From Campylobacterales bacterium (lineage in GTDB: Bacteria > Campylobacterota > Campylobacteria > Campylobacterales > QNZT01), in NCBI GenBank assembly GCA_015489185.1, contig WGAE01000150.1, positions 1 to 46,280 of the forward strand: a stretch of 46,280 nt of DNA, given 5' to 3'. Each line of letters starts with the position of its first letter. Positions within the stretch are counted from its first letter, which is position 1. The notes under the pieces are model-generated. The model ran no database searches, was not told where the DNA came from, and worked only from the letters and a program-made list of their open reading frames with translations. Below are positions 19,976 through 30,323 of this stretch, one piece after another. A program made the translations under genes and the position numbers.

Positions 19976-21373
19976 CTATTTTCCGACAGGTACAAGCAGT
20001 TTTTCCGCGATCGCCTGCGCGGCAATTTTACCGTCCTGCGCGGCAGTGACGACCAGGTCGCTTCCCCGATAGCAATCACCGCCCGCAAAAACAAACGGTT
20101 TACTGCACTCACGGTTTTCGTCTGTAATGATTCCGCCCCATCGATTGGTTTCAATACCGTTTTCATAGAGGAAATCTGGTTTGACAGGATCAAAGCCCAG
20201 CGCCATGATGATCACATCCGCATCGACACGAAATTCGCTGTTTTCGATAATCTCGACACGCTGTCTGCCGCTCTCATCCCGCTGCGAAAGCTGAGTTCTG
20301 AGCATCTCGATGCCGATTACCTCACCCTTTTCATTGACAAGAATCTCTTTGGGCGCTGCGTTGAAAACAAACTCCGCACCCTCTTCTTTGGCGTTTTTGA
20401 ACTCTTTTCTGCTTCCCGGCATATTCTGTGCGTCACGGCGATAGAGACACTTCACACTTGCCGCACCTTCACGCAGTGAAGTACGAATACAGTCCATCGC
20501 GGTATCACCGCCGCCGATAACCACAACACGTTTACCACCCACTTCATATTTGTGATCGTACGCTTCTTTGAAAATCTTTTTTTGAATGCTTCGCAAAAAA
20601 TCCATCGCCAAAAAGACATTTTCGGCATTCTCTCCCGGAATATTTGCCCGCTTGGGCTTTTCCGCACCAATACCGATAAAGACCGCATCGTAGTTTTCGA
20701 GCAACTCTTTGAAGTCGATATCTTTTCCGACTTCAGTATTTAAAAAGAGTTTCAATCCCGCATCCTGCAAAAATTTGAAACGTCTGAAAACAACCTCTTT
20801 TTCAAGTTTGAAATTGGGGATACCGTAGGTCAGCAAGCCTCCGGGACGATTCGCCTTTTCGAACATTTCAACATTGATTCCCGCACGCATCAGATAGGTC
20901 GCACATGAAAAACCTGCAGGTCCGGAACCGACGATTGCCACCCTTTTATCGGTAAACGTTTCGGGAAATTCCGGCTTCAACCCCTGTTTAAAACCCGTTT
21001 CACTGATATAGGTTTCAACCGAACCGATCGTAACCGCACCATATCCGTCCTGCTCAAGTGTACAGTCTCCTTCACACAGACGATCCTGTGGACAAATACG
21101 CCCGGTAATCTCCGGGAAAGGGTTCGTTTCATTGGAAATTTTAAAAGCAAGCTCAATATCTTTGCCCGCAACACCCCGCAACCAGTACGGTATGTAATTG
21201 TGCAACGGACACTTGTCATGACATCCGGGATCACCGCACTGGACACAACGATCCGCCTGTGCTGCCGCTTCTACCGGACGAAATATTTCATAAATCTCCC
21301 GGAAATCTTTTTTACGTTCATTCGAACCTCTTTTCAGCGGTTCAATACGCTCCAAATTGGTAAAGTTTTGCAT
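19976..21373 (-). CDS. gltD: Glutamate synthase small (NADPH) subunit
   Basis: About 465 aa. Fe-S Cys cluster CVQCGDPGCHDKCPLHNYIPYWL and CPQDRLCEGDC, plus dinucleotide folds IVGSGPAGFSCA and VIGGGDTAMDC. Start re-set to ATG 21373, 1 nt after the gltB stop. Confidence 0.92.
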   Translation of the reverse strand: MQNFTNLERIEPLKRGSNERKKDFREIYEIFRPVEAAAQADRCVQCGDPGCHDKCPLHNYIPYWLRGVAGKDIELAFKISNETNPFPEITGRICPQDRLCEGDCTLEQDGYGAVTIGSVETYISETGFKQGLKPEFPETFTDKRVAIVGSGPAGFSCATYLMRAGINVEMFEKANRPGGLLTYGIPNFKLEKEVVFRRFKFLQDAGLKLFLNTEVGKDIDFKELLENYDAVFIGIGAEKPKRANIPGENAENVFLAMDFLRSIQKKIFKEAYDHKYEVGGKRVVVIGGGDTAMDCIRTSLREGAASVKCLYRRDAQNMPGSRKEFKNAKEEGAEFVFNAAPKEILVNEKGEVIGIEMLRTQLSQRDESGRQRVEIIENSEFRVDADVIIMALGFDPVKPDFLYENGIETNRWGGIITDENRECSKPFVFAGGDCYRGSDLVVTAAQDGKIAAQAIAEKLLVPVGK

Positions 21374-21374
21374 C

Positions 21375-24300
21375 TTAATCCCCCTCATCCGGATTTAACG
21401 GCATTTTACGCATATCTTTCGGTCTGACAATCCAGAAGTCTCTGAGTGTATGTCTGAAATTTTCAAGAATATATTTCGCCTTTTCGCTTTGTGTTTCGTT
21501 GATATAACTTCTAAGCAACTTTTTGATGAAGTGCCGCTCTTCATCCGACTCGTCGGTATCGATGCGTGTCGCATTGACCAGTTCCTGGTTGAGATTGTCG
21601 AAGAACTCACGGTCCTCATCATAAATGAACGCGACACCGCCGGTCATACCCGCACCGAAATTGACACCTGTTTTTCCGAGAATGACGACAACACCGCCGG
21701 TCATATATTCACAGGCATGATCCCCCGTACCTTCGACAACCGCGATCGCACCAGAGTTTCTGACCGCAAAACGCTCACCGATACTGCCCGCAACAAAGAG
21801 TTTACCACCTGTCGCACCGTAAAGACAGGTATTTCCGGCGCAGGAGAACTTCTCGCTCTGCGTTTTGGGTGTGATGACGATCTTGCCGCCGTTCATCCCT
21901 TTACCGACATAATCGTTACCCGCGCCGTGCACGTAGATGGAAACACCGTTGATCAGAAACGCACCCAGCGACTGGCCTGTCGTCCCTTCGAGCTTGAACG
22001 TAATACTATCCTCCGGTAATCCGGCGTTACCGTAATATTTGGCGATCTCACCGCTGATAAGCGTACCGAAGCTACGGTTAAGATTGCTGATTTTTTTCGT
22101 CACGACAATACTCTCGTTCGGATTCTCAATCACTTTGTAAACCTCTTTGAGAATCTCTTTTTCAAATTCGTTTTTATCAAACGGTTCATTGCGCTCTCTC
22201 TGGCACGTATTGACACCCTCAACCTGTTGCAGGACCGATGAGAAATCGAATTTCTTGACAAACGGATCGTCCCTGAGTGTCAGCAGATCACTGCGTCCGA
22301 TCAGCTCTTCGAGCGATCGGTATCCCAGTGATGCCATAATTTTTCGCACATCTTCCGCCAGTAACGTAAAGAAGTTGATCACGCGATCCACCGTTCCGAC
22401 AAAATGTTCACGCAGCATCTCATCCTGTGTCGCAACACCGACGGTACACTTGTTCATGTGACAGATACGCAAAATACGACATCCGACCATCGTCAGTGCC
22501 GCAGTTCCGAACGCATAACTCTCCGCACCCAGCATCGCCGCTTTGACAACATCAAGTCCCGTTTTGAGACCACCGTCAGTTTGCAGATGGACAAATTCAC
22601 GCAAACCGTTGACTTTCAGCGCATTATGTGCTTCACTGAGTCCCAGTTCCCACGGATTACCGGCGTATTTGATCGATGTGAGCGGCGCCGCTCCCGTACC
22701 GCCGTCACCGCCGGAGATGATAATCTTGTCCGCATACGCTTTGGCAACACCCGCAGCAATGGTTCCCACACCCGCGGTCGATACCAGTTTGACCGTTACG
22801 ACAGCATCCGGATTGATCTGCTTCATGTCAAAAATCAACTGCGCCAGATCTTCGATCGAATAGATATCATGATGCGGTGGCGGTGAAATCAGTGTGACAC
22901 CGGGGATCGTATATCGCAATGACGCAATCAGCGGGGTCACTTTATGCCCTGGAAGCTGACCGCCTTCACCAGGTTTCGCTCCCTGTGCGATTTTGATCTG
23001 AATCTCTTCAGCGCTTCGCAAATATTCCGGAGTGACGCCGAAACGTCCGGAAGCGATCTGTTTGATTTTGGAGCGTTTCGAACTTTTGAGCCGTTCAGGT
23101 GCCTCACCACCCTCACCCGAGTTGGATTGCGCACCGATACGGTTCATCGCCTCCGCTAGCGCTTCATGTGCTTCAGGGGAAATCGATCCGAGACTCATCG
23201 CGGCGGTACAAAAACGTTTGAAGATTGCCTCTTTAGGTTCCACTTCATCAATCGATATCGGATCACGATCCGATTTGAAGACAAAAAAGTCACGAATCAT
23301 CTTCAATCCGCGCCCGTTGACAACGGAAGTGAATGCTTCAAAATCCTCCTCTTTCCCGCTGACACACGCTTCATGAAGTTTATTGACTACCGGCGGCGAA
23401 TAGTCGTGGTGTTCGTTGCCGTGGATATATTTGTGAAAACCTCCGATTTCAAGTGGAAAAAGTTTTTTGCGCTCATCTACCTCGATCGCGTTACGATACG
23501 CACGGTCGATACGTGCTTCGATATCTTCATAGCCAAGTCCCGGGATCAAACCGTGTGAATCAGGAAAGCAGTCATCGACAATCTCGTTGCTCAAACCGAT
23601 AACATCAAAAAGCGACGAGTTGCGATACGACGCGATCGTCGATATACCCATTTTTGACATAATTTTCAGCAGTCCCGCACCAAGCGCATGGTGGACATTT
23701 TTGAAAAAGTGTTTCTGTTCATAGCCGTCTATACCTTTGCGCTTACAAATCTCCAGCACTGAGGCATAGAGCAGATAGGGATAGATCGCGTTCGCACCGT
23801 AAGCGATCATCGTTGCACAAGAGTGTGAATCGATCGCTTCGGCACTGATCGCAATCGTCGAGGTCAGGTGTCGAAGTTTCTCTTCGAGCAATACTTTATT
23901 CAGACGTCCGACCACCATGGTCATGGGGATGTACTTCAAATTCTCTCCCGATCCGCGATCATCGAGAATGATAATACGCACGCCCTCTTCCCGTACACTT
24001 CGAACAATCTCCGAAACCAGGTTATCGAGTGATTTTTTCAGATCTTTTTCAAAAAGTGTAGAGAAGATTTTGTTCTTGTACTCCGGACGATAGCGCGGGT
24101 GTTTTTCATTACCGAATGACAACAGCACTTCGTATTTCTCTTCCATCAGGATCGGAGAGATCGCTTTAAGGCGAATTGCATGTTCCGGATCTTCGGAAAG
24201 AATATTGCGAATTTCACCAAATCCCGTATTGAGGCTCATGACAACCTTTTCACGAATCGGATCGATCGGCGGGTTAGTCACCTGCGCAAACTTTTGCTTG

Positions 24301-25799
24301 AAAAAGTCGCTGAAACTGCGCTGTTTGTTACTAAAACACGCAAGCGGCGTATCATCCCCCATCGCCCCGGTATTCTCCTTGCCGTCGTTCATCATCGGTT
24401 CGACGACCATTTCGAGAATCTCTTCAGTAATATTCGCAAAACGCTGGCGCTTTGCCAGTTCATCGAGTTCATAACAACGTGTTTCGTTAAACGGCAACTC
24501 GACGAACTCTTGCAAATAGGTCATATTTTGATTCAACCAATCCGCATAAGAGTTGGTCGATTTGAGATAGTTGTCAATCTCCTCGGTTTTGAGGATTTTT
24601 CCAAATTTCAAGTCGACACCGATCATCTGACCGCTTTGCAGACGTCCCCGTTCGATGATCAGCGACTCATCCACGTCAAGCACTCCGTACTCACTTGTGA
24701 TAATGATGCGATCATCTTTGGTGATGATATATTTTGCCGGACGCAGACCGTTTCTGTCGAGTATACAACCGATATAACGACCGTCCGTCAAACTGACCGC
24801 AGCCGGACCGTCCCACGCTTCGAAACAGGTACTCATGTATTCGTAAAACGCACGCAGGTGCGAATCCATATGCGGCGCGTTTTGCCACGGAGCAGGAATG
24901 AGCGCACGTGCCGCCTTGAAGAAATCCATTCCGTTAACAATCAGAAACTCGAACATATTATCCAGACTCGCACTGTCACTCTGATCTGCCTGTGTAATCG
25001 GCAAAAGTTTTTCAAGCTCTTTTTTGGAAAAAACCGGACTCTCTATCCACTCACTCTTTGCCGCAGCGTTGTATCGGTTGGCGGAAATCGAGTTGATTTC
25101 ACCGTTGTGCGCAATGGCACGGAAAGGTTGCGCAAGTCGCCACTGTGGCAATGTATTGGTCGAAAAGCGCTGATGAAAAAGCGCAAAACCGACTTCGAAA
25201 TCGGGATCGCTCAAATCTTTGTAGAACGATTTGATGTGTGTCGGCATCACCAGCCCTTTGTAGGCAATGACCGAAGAAGAGAAAGAGGGAATATAGAACT
25301 CCGGCTCATCTTTGAAGTGATGTTCGAGTTCCCGTCTGGTCAAATAGAGTAGTGCGTCGAAACGTTTGGTTGCGATAATGGAATTTGGCGCCAGAAACAC
25401 CTGGGTAATTTTCGGCAACGTCGCAAGCGCCTGCTCTCCGAGTGCATCGGTATTTACCGGTACATCTCTGAAGAGGAGCACGCGAATGTCGTTATTAGTA
25501 CAGATCTCCTCGATCTTTTCATGCTGTTGTTCATTTTGCAAAAAGAGCATACCGACGGCAAACTGCTCAGGAAGATCCACACCGTGCTCTTTGGCAATCT
25601 TCTTCATGAAGCGCTTTGGCATTCCAAACAGCAGTCCGCTTCCGTCACCACTCTTACCGTCCGCCGCAATCGCACCCCTGTGCATCATTCGCTCTAGCGC
25701 GGTAATCGCGTCTTCTACATTTTGATGGGAGGGTACGTTGTGTACGTTGGCAAGCAATCCGAAACCACAGTTGTCTTTAAAGCTTCTGAGTAAATCCAT
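21375..25799 (-). CDS. gltB: Glutamate synthase large subunit
   Basis: About 1474 aa. Ntn-amidotransferase Cys in DNCGFGLLANV, a central FMN/3Fe-4S domain (SNSGEGGE, ISGGDGGTGA), and C-terminal GXGXG repeats (GAGNDYVGKGMNGG). Start set to ATG 25799, 6 nt after AAAGG. Confidence 0.95.
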   Translation of the reverse strand: MDLLRSFKDNCGFGLLANVHNVPSHQNVEDAITALERMMHRGAIAADGKSGDGSGLLFGMPKRFMKKIAKEHGVDLPEQFAVGMLFLQNEQQHEKIEEICTNNDIRVLLFRDVPVNTDALGEQALATLPKITQVFLAPNSIIATKRFDALLYLTRRELEHHFKDEPEFYIPSFSSSVIAYKGLVMPTHIKSFYKDLSDPDFEVGFALFHQRFSTNTLPQWRLAQPFRAIAHNGEINSISANRYNAAAKSEWIESPVFSKKELEKLLPITQADQSDSASLDNMFEFLIVNGMDFFKAARALIPAPWQNAPHMDSHLRAFYEYMSTCFEAWDGPAAVSLTDGRYIGCILDRNGLRPAKYIITKDDRIIITSEYGVLDVDESLIIERGRLQSGQMIGVDLKFGKILKTEEIDNYLKSTNSYADWLNQNMTYLQEFVELPFNETRCYELDELAKRQRFANITEEILEMVVEPMMNDGKENTGAMGDDTPLACFSNKQRSFSDFFKQKFAQVTNPPIDPIREKVVMSLNTGFGEIRNILSEDPEHAIRLKAISPILMEEKYEVLLSFGNEKHPRYRPEYKNKIFSTLFEKDLKKSLDNLVSEIVRSVREEGVRIIILDDRGSGENLKYIPMTMVVGRLNKVLLEEKLRHLTSTIAISAEAIDSHSCATMIAYGANAIYPYLLYASVLEICKRKGIDGYEQKHFFKNVHHALGAGLLKIMSKMGISTIASYRNSSLFDVIGLSNEIVDDCFPDSHGLIPGLGYEDIEARIDRAYRNAIEVDERKKLFPLEIGGFHKYIHGNEHHDYSPPVVNKLHEACVSGKEEDFEAFTSVVNGRGLKMIRDFFVFKSDRDPISIDEVEPKEAIFKRFCTAAMSLGSISPEAHEALAEAMNRIGAQSNSGEGGEAPERLKSSKRSKIKQIASGRFGVTPEYLRSAEEIQIKIAQGAKPGEGGQLPGHKVTPLIASLRYTIPGVTLISPPPHHDIYSIEDLAQLIFDMKQINPDAVVTVKLVSTAGVGTIAAGVAKAYADKIIISGGDGGTGAAPLTSIKYAGNPWELGLSEAHNALKVNGLREFVHLQTDGGLKTGLDVVKAAMLGAESYAFGTAALTMVGCRILRICHMNKCTVGVATQDEMLREHFVGTVDRVINFFTLLAEDVRKIMASLGYRSLEELIGRSDLLTLRDDPFVKKFDFSSVLQQVEGVNTCQRERNEPFDKNEFEKEILKEVYKVIENPNESIVVTKKISNLNRSFGTLISGEIAKYYGNAGLPEDSITFKLEGTTGQSLGAFLINGVSIYVHGAGNDYVGKGMNGGKIVITPKTQSEKFSCAGNTCLYGATGGKLFVAGSIGERFAVRNSGAIAVVEGTGDHACEYMTGGVVVILGKTGVNFGAGMTGGVAFIYDEDREFFDNLNQELVNATRIDTDESDEERHFIKKLLRSYINETQSEKAKYILENFRHTLRDFWIVRPKDMRKMPLNPDEGD

Positions 25800-25825
25800 A
25801 AACAACCTTTAATAAAAAGTTGCTT

Positions 25826-25831
25826 ATTATA
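25826..25831 (-). promoter_or_regulatory. Candidate -10 box (TATAAT) for gltBD
   Basis: The minus strand reads TTGGATATAAT. The box lies 26 nt upstream of the gltB ATG in the 71-nt divergent gltB/recO spacer. Confidence 0.35.
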
Positions 25832-25840
25832 TCCAACACG

Positions 25841-25849
25841 TGGTAAAAT
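25841..25849 (+). promoter_or_regulatory. Candidate extended -10 (TGGTAAAAT) for recO
   Basis: TGnTAAAAT lies 27 nt upstream of the recO ATG. Extended -10 promoters are typical of Campylobacterota. Confidence 0.4.
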
Positions 25850-25876
25850 TCAGTTTAATTTGAGCCGGGACACCGT

Positions 25877-26494
25877 ATGCAGGGCTATATTCTCAACACC
25901 GTTAAAGTCAAAGACGAAGATATGATCGTCACGCTTTTAACACAAAAAAGATTAAAAACTGTTTACAGGTTTTACGGTGCCCGTCATGCCAGTATACATC
26001 TGGGATACAAACTCGATTTCGAAATACGCACCAGCGTGAAATCCTCAATCGGTATGCTCCGGGATGTATTGCATCTGGGCAGCCCGTGGCTTGGCGACGT
26101 CAAAAAGTTCTACTACTGGCAACAGTTTATCAAACTACTCTATCGTCACCTTCAGGATATCGAAGAGGTTGATGCGTTCTATTTCGAACTGCTCGAAACG
26201 ATGAATCGGAAATTTACCCGTCAAAACCCGATACGTACACTTGTCGAGGGATATCTGCATCTGCTCTCTCATGAAGGGCGCCTTCATGAAGATTTTGTCT
26301 GTTTTTTGTGTAATGAAACAATCGATACCCAAACCGTCCTGACACGCGGTTTTTTACCCGCACATCCCTCCTGCCTTTTTGCAGAGACCTTCTCTACCGA
26401 AGCACTTCACACACTTTTTGCAACTAAAAGTACCCTTTTGCTCTCAGATCATGAAGTCGAAAAACTGTGGTCGATTGTACAACAGGGACTATAG
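25877..26494 (+). CDS. recO: DNA repair protein RecO (short epsilonproteobacterial form)
   Basis: 205 aa. N-terminal OB-fold pattern MQGYILNTVKVKDEDMIVTLLTQKRLKTVYRFYGARH, and a C-terminal Cys/His cluster (CFLCN...HPSC). Confidence 0.75.
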   Translation: MQGYILNTVKVKDEDMIVTLLTQKRLKTVYRFYGARHASIHLGYKLDFEIRTSVKSSIGMLRDVLHLGSPWLGDVKKFYYWQQFIKLLYRHLQDIEEVDAFYFELLETMNRKFTRQNPIRTLVEGYLHLLSHEGRLHEDFVCFLCNETIDTQTVLTRGFLPAHPSCLFAETFSTEALHTLFATKSTLLLSDHEVEKLWSIVQQGL

Positions 26495-26848
26495 CTTTTT
26501 TTGCAATTGCTCAATAAACGCCGAAAAATTTTCAAGCCTGTAGGTGCCTTCGCGTTGTTTCTCGCCCCACATAGGCTCCGGGAAAAAGGAGTCGTTGCGA
26601 AACCGTGCCATAATGTGAAAATGCAGATGCGGCAGATAGTTACCGAAAGAGGCAATGTTAATTTTATCCGGATTGAAAAAAGAGAGCATCTCTTTTTCAA
26701 CAATATCCAGCACTTCCCAGATACGCGCTTTAAGCGGCTGAGGCGCTTCAGAAAACTCTTTGTACGGAGTTACGGAGAAGATCTTCAGCCAGGGAATCTC
26801 GGAAGATTCAGTCTCAATATAGATCAGGTCGTCTTCGAAGATTTTCAT
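26489..26848 (-). CDS. HIT-family nucleotide hydrolase/transferase
   Basis: 119 aa with histidine triad [10 protein letters not shown]. The ATG overlaps the fabH stop (ATGA). Confidence 0.85.
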   Translation of the reverse strand: MKIFEDDLIYIETESSEIPWLKIFSVTPYKEFSEAPQPLKARIWEVLDIVEKEMLSFFNPDKINIASFGNYLPHLHFHIMARFRNDSFFPEPMWGEKQREGTYRLENFSAFIEQLQKKL

Positions 26849-27843
26849 GAAGATTTTTGATTAAAGTGTACGAGTGCGCTTCCCCAGGTCAAACCGCCGC
26901 CAAAAGTATCCAGCAGCATCAAATCACCTGTTTTGAGTTTACCCGATTCGTACCAGTCATTGATCGCCATCGGGATAGAAGCCGCCGATGTATTGCCGTA
27001 CCTGGCAACGGTCAGAACGATCTTTTCTTCAGGAAACTTCAGTTTCCTGCCGACTGCATCGATAATACGAAAATTTGCCTGATGGGGAATGAAGTAGTCA
27101 ATATCGTCACTGGTCAAGCCGTTCTTTTCCAAAATACGCGTCACATCTTTGGTCAATGTATTGACGGCAAGTTTGAATGTTTCGTTCCCTTTCATCTTCA
27201 GATACTGCATATGTTTGTCAATGACATCCTGAGAGCAGGGATATTTACTGCCGCCGCCCGGGGTGATCAGAAAATCCTGATACTCCCCGTCCGAAGAGGT
27301 ATGCACATCCAAAATCGCCTCTTCTTTCTTGTCTGTCGTCCCGATCACCGCGGCACCCGCACCGTCACCGAACAACACACAGGTTGTACGATCGGTATAG
27401 TCGACGATTGAACTCATCTTTTCCGCACCGATGATCAGTACATTACGCTTCAGACCCGATTCAACAAATGCTCTGGCGATATTTAATCCGTAGACAAACC
27501 CGCTGCATGCGGCGGAAATATCAAATGCCGTTATGTTTTTGATACCCAGTTTATCCGCCACGACACACGCGGTCGAAGGCATACAGAAATAGTCGGGGGT
27601 AATCGTCGCACAGATAATTGCATCGATCTCCTCTTTCTTCAGACCGCTGCGCTCAATCGCCACTTTTGCGGCTTCGTACGCCAGATCGCTGGTAGACTGT
27701 TCATCTGTTGCGAGAAATCGGTTCTCTATCCCGGTACGCTGCTTGATCCACTCGTCACTCGTATCGACGATCTCTTCAAGATCCTTGTTTGTAAGACTTT
27801 TGGGCGGGATATATGCCCCAATCGATTTGAACGATGCGTACAC
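26845..27843 (-). CDS. fabH: Beta-ketoacyl-ACP synthase III
   Basis: About 332 aa. Catalytic triad contexts [18 protein letters not shown] and [10 protein letters not shown]. Start re-set to GTG 27843 ([15 protein letters not shown]) after AAGGA. The track's 33-codon extension overlaps plsX. Confidence 0.93.
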   Translation of the reverse strand: MYASFKSIGAYIPPKSLTNKDLEEIVDTSDEWIKQRTGIENRFLATDEQSTSDLAYEAAKVAIERSGLKKEEIDAIICATITPDYFCMPSTACVVADKLGIKNITAFDISAACSGFVYGLNIARAFVESGLKRNVLIIGAEKMSSIVDYTDRTTCVLFGDGAGAAVIGTTDKKEEAILDVHTSSDGEYQDFLITPGGGSKYPCSQDVIDKHMQYLKMKGNETFKLAVNTLTKDVTRILEKNGLTSDDIDYFIPHQANFRIIDAVGRKLKFPEEKIVLTVARYGNTSAASIPMAINDWYESGKLKTGDLMLLDTFGGGLTWGSALVHFNQKSS

Positions 27844-27853
27844 GGGAAATCCT

Positions 27854-28855
27854 TTAGTTATCGATTTGATACGATGCGATATTTTTGGCAATATCTTCGT
27901 TAATATTCGATTCCGCAAACGAGATCGCCTGATATATCGCATTCTTGATCGCTATATGGTTGCTTTTACCGTGACATATGATTGTCGGTTTGTTGACACC
28001 GATAAGCGGTGCACCGCCGTATTCGGCATAATCGATCTGTTTTTTCAGAAGCTTGAAAACACGGCGCATCAGCAAAGCACCGGTAAGCGCACGTGGAGAT
28101 CGTTTGATATTCATTTTGATCAATTTCGAAATGGAGCTGGCAACCCCTTCACTCGTTTTGAGCAAAATATTTCCCACAAATCCGTCACAGACGACGACGT
28201 CGACACTGTTGTTGAAGATATCGTTACCCTCGACATTTCCGACAAATGCGTCCATCTGCTGTAACATGCGGTAGGTTGTTTTAGTGATTTCATTACCTTT
28301 GGTATCCTCTTCCCCGTTGGAGAGCAATCCGACACGCGGTGATGAGACACCAAGTACGTCTTTTGCATACGCTTCACCCAAAATCGCAAACTGGAAGAGA
28401 TGCTCAGGTTTACAGTCGGTATTGGCACCGACATCTAAAACCAGCGTTTTACCCCCTGTTTCGGTCGGCATCAGTGTAGCAATCGCCGGACGTTGCACAC
28501 CCTTGACACGACCGATCTGAAGGGTCGCCAGTGCCATCGTCGCACCGCTGTGTCCTGCAGAGACAACCGCGTCCGCCTTCCCCTCTTTGACAAGTTCTAT
28601 CGCCTTGTATATGGAAGAGTCTTTACGTTTGCGCACATCCGTTGCACTTTCATGCATTCCGAAAACATCTTTGGTTTCGTAAATCTCGATATATTTGGCG
28701 AGTTTTTTCGGAATTTTTTCCGCAAAAGTGGTGGGATCACCTACCAAAATGACATTGAACTTCTTCTTACTCTTTTTCAACGCCAGCAGGGTCCCTTTGA
28801 TATTGGGCTCGGCACCGAAGTCCCCGCCCATCGCATCTACCGCAATCGTGTACAT
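27854..28855 (-). CDS. plsX: Phosphate acyltransferase
   Basis: 333 aa. N-terminal [11 protein letters not shown], with family-typical length and position between rpmF and fabH. Confidence 0.93.
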   Translation of the reverse strand: MYTIAVDAMGGDFGAEPNIKGTLLALKKSKKKFNVILVGDPTTFAEKIPKKLAKYIEIYETKDVFGMHESATDVRKRKDSSIYKAIELVKEGKADAVVSAGHSGATMALATLQIGRVKGVQRPAIATLMPTETGGKTLVLDVGANTDCKPEHLFQFAILGEAYAKDVLGVSSPRVGLLSNGEEDTKGNEITKTTYRMLQQMDAFVGNVEGNDIFNNSVDVVVCDGFVGNILLKTSEGVASSISKLIKMNIKRSPRALTGALLMRRVFKLLKKQIDYAEYGGAPLIGVNKPTIICHGKSNHIAIKNAIYQAISFAESNINEDIAKNIASYQIDN

Positions 28856-28864
28856 AATGAAAAC

Positions 28865-29017
28865 TTACGCTTTGTATTCACCCGTAGTTTTGTTGATTCT
28901 GTGCGGCATTCTCCATGTTCCGTCGGCATCTTTGACCGGTCTGGGTAAAGTTAGCTTATAGTGTGTTCTTCTTTTTGCCGCTCTGGTTTTACTTACACGT
29001 CTCTTTGGTACTGCCAT
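28865..29017 (-). CDS. rpmF: 50S ribosomal protein L32
   Basis: Not in the supplied ORF track (50 aa). My hand translation of the minus strand is [50 protein letters not shown]. The MAVPK(R/K)R..K.R N-terminus is canonical, and the position yceD-rpmF-plsX is classic. Confidence 0.9.
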   Translation of the reverse strand: MAVPKRRVSKTRAAKRRTHYKLTLPRPVKDADGTWRMPHRINKTTGEYKA

Positions 29018-29020
29018 AAT

Positions 29021-29386
29021 TTATTCTCCTTGGTTGTTTTCTGTTTCTTGACATTGCGGACAAAAATGGTAATCACTCTTTTCCGCTTCAATCTCTCCCG
29101 AAATGATCGCATCAAAATCGACATAGTGGTCGAAACATTCGATCACGTCGAGGTCTTCCCCTTTGAAAGCGCCGTCACTCACTTTCAGGGTGATTTTTTC
29201 ATCTACTTCATGCAGATATTCGGCACCGCACCTGTCACAGATACGCTTTACCGGCGCATAAAGCCTGAAATCGAGTTCTACAAGTGTATGAGAAAGTCTT
29301 CGGAACGTACCTTTTGAAATATAGGCACGATTTTTGATCTCAAACGGACTTGCATTTGAGCTGATTTTCCGAAACGCTATTCTCAT
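29021..29386 (-). CDS. yceD: YceD/DUF177 family protein (large-subunit rRNA accumulation protein)
   Basis: 121 aa. Cys pairs CDRCG...CPQC, located immediately upstream of rpmF as in most bacteria. Confidence 0.75.
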   Translation of the reverse strand: MRIAFRKISSNASPFEIKNRAYISKGTFRRLSHTLVELDFRLYAPVKRICDRCGAEYLHEVDEKITLKVSDGAFKGEDLDVIECFDHYVDFDAIISGEIEAEKSDYHFCPQCQETENNQGE

Positions 29387-29402
29387 AAAATTTTATAATT
29401 TC

Positions 29403-29816
29403 TTATAATATCTCAATATCGCTAAAGAAATACTTTATTTCACGTGCCGCACTCTCTTTCGAGTCGCTTCCGTGTACCGCGTTTGCGTCGATACTCTCGG
29501 CAAAGTCCGCGCGAATTGTTCCGGGAGCCGCCTCTTTGGGATTGGTCGCACCCATCAGCTCTCTGTTTTTTGCGATAGCGTCTTCCCCTTCAAGTACCAT
29601 CACCACGACCGGTCCACTGGTCATGAATGCGACAAGTTCACCGAAAAAAGGTCTCTCTTTATGCTCAGCATAAAAACCGCCCGCCATCTCTTCGGTCAGT
29701 TTGATTTTTTTCATCGCTGCAATACGCAGACCGTTGCTTTCGAATCTGTCGATTATCTTACCGATAACACCTTTTTGCACTGCATCGGGCTTGATGATGG
29801 ATAGTGTTTGTTCCAT
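29403..29816 (-). CDS. ndk: Nucleoside diphosphate kinase
   Basis: 137 aa. Motifs [10 protein letters not shown] and the active-site His in NAVHGSDS. Confidence 0.95.
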   Translation of the reverse strand: MEQTLSIIKPDAVQKGVIGKIIDRFESNGLRIAAMKKIKLTEEMAGGFYAEHKERPFFGELVAFMTSGPVVVMVLEGEDAIAKNRELMGATNPKEAAPGTIRADFAESIDANAVHGSDSKESAAREIKYFFSDIEIL

Positions 29817-29862
29817 TGTTGTCTACTCCAGGCTTGTATTAGTCTTAAAATAAAGGCTGAGA

Positions 29863-29871
29863 GTATATCAA
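29863..29871 (-). promoter_or_regulatory. Candidate extended -10 (TGATATACT) for the ndk-yceD-rpmF-plsX-fabH operon
   Basis: The minus strand reads TTTGATATACT about 46 nt upstream of the ndk ATG. SD GGAG is correctly placed. Confidence 0.35.
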
Positions 29872-29920
29872 ATGAAATCTATAATAAAGTTTAAACGAAA
29901 GAAATTAAGGGGAAAGGTAG

Positions 29921-29946
29921 TCATCCGCAACCATAAGTGCGGATGA
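29921..29946 (-). terminator. Hairpin terminator candidate after the ferredoxin gene
   Basis: Perfect 9-bp inverted repeat tcatccgca / tgcggatga with an 8-nt loop, 18 nt downstream of the fdx stop. The trailing sequence is only moderately U-rich (cuaccuuuccccuu). Confidence 0.5.
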
Positions 29947-29964
29947 CACGGAAGATTTCAAGTG

Positions 29965-30240
29965 TTATTCTTCGATAACAGGTTCGCCTTTTTCACCGCG
30001 ATTTTCAGAGCATGTGCTACCTTCTGCACAATCACCCCAGACAATACAACCCTCTGTCGGACACGCTTCCGCGCATGCCGGTGTATCATGGTATCCTACA
30101 CACTCGACACATTTGTCCGGATAAACATAATAGATCTCTTCTCCAGTTGGGTTATCCTCATCGTCAACAATCGCTTCTACCGGACACTCATCGATACATG
30201 CCCCACAGTTGATACAGATATCTGTAATAATAACTGCCAT
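29965..30240 (-). CDS. 2x[4Fe-4S] ferredoxin, Alvin-type
   Basis: About 91 aa. First cluster CINCGACIDECP. Second cluster has the long spacer CVECVGYHDTPACAEACP. Start re-set to ATG 30240 after SD GAAGGAGAA. Confidence 0.88.
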   Translation of the reverse strand: MAVIITDICINCGACIDECPVEAIVDDEDNPTGEEIYYVYPDKCVECVGYHDTPACAEACPTEGCIVWGDCAEGSTCSENRGEKGEPVIEE

Positions 30241-30323
30241 ATTTTCTCCTTCACTTTCTTTGATAAGTTGAATCAAACTATAACATACGAAATATAAAAT
30301 GAAACTAAAATTATAGTTTTTGC

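Noticed and set aside
24180-25352. A 390-aa plus-strand ORF antisense to gltB.
   Set aside because: gltB is unambiguous over this span. The antisense translation has no motifs and a skewed R/F/L composition. Long stop-free antisense frames are expected in long genes of this GC content.
27844-27942. A 33-codon extension of fabH ([14 protein letters not shown]...).
   Set aside because: It overlaps the plsX 3' end. GTG 27843 follows AAGGA and gives the canonical FabH N-terminus.
30286-30323. An AT-rich 9-bp inverted repeat (aaactataa ... ttatagttt) between metK and the ferredoxin gene.
   Set aside because: The loop is large and the stem is all A/T, so it is unlikely to be a functional terminator. 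More probably it just contains the fdx -10 element (TATAAT on the minus strand).
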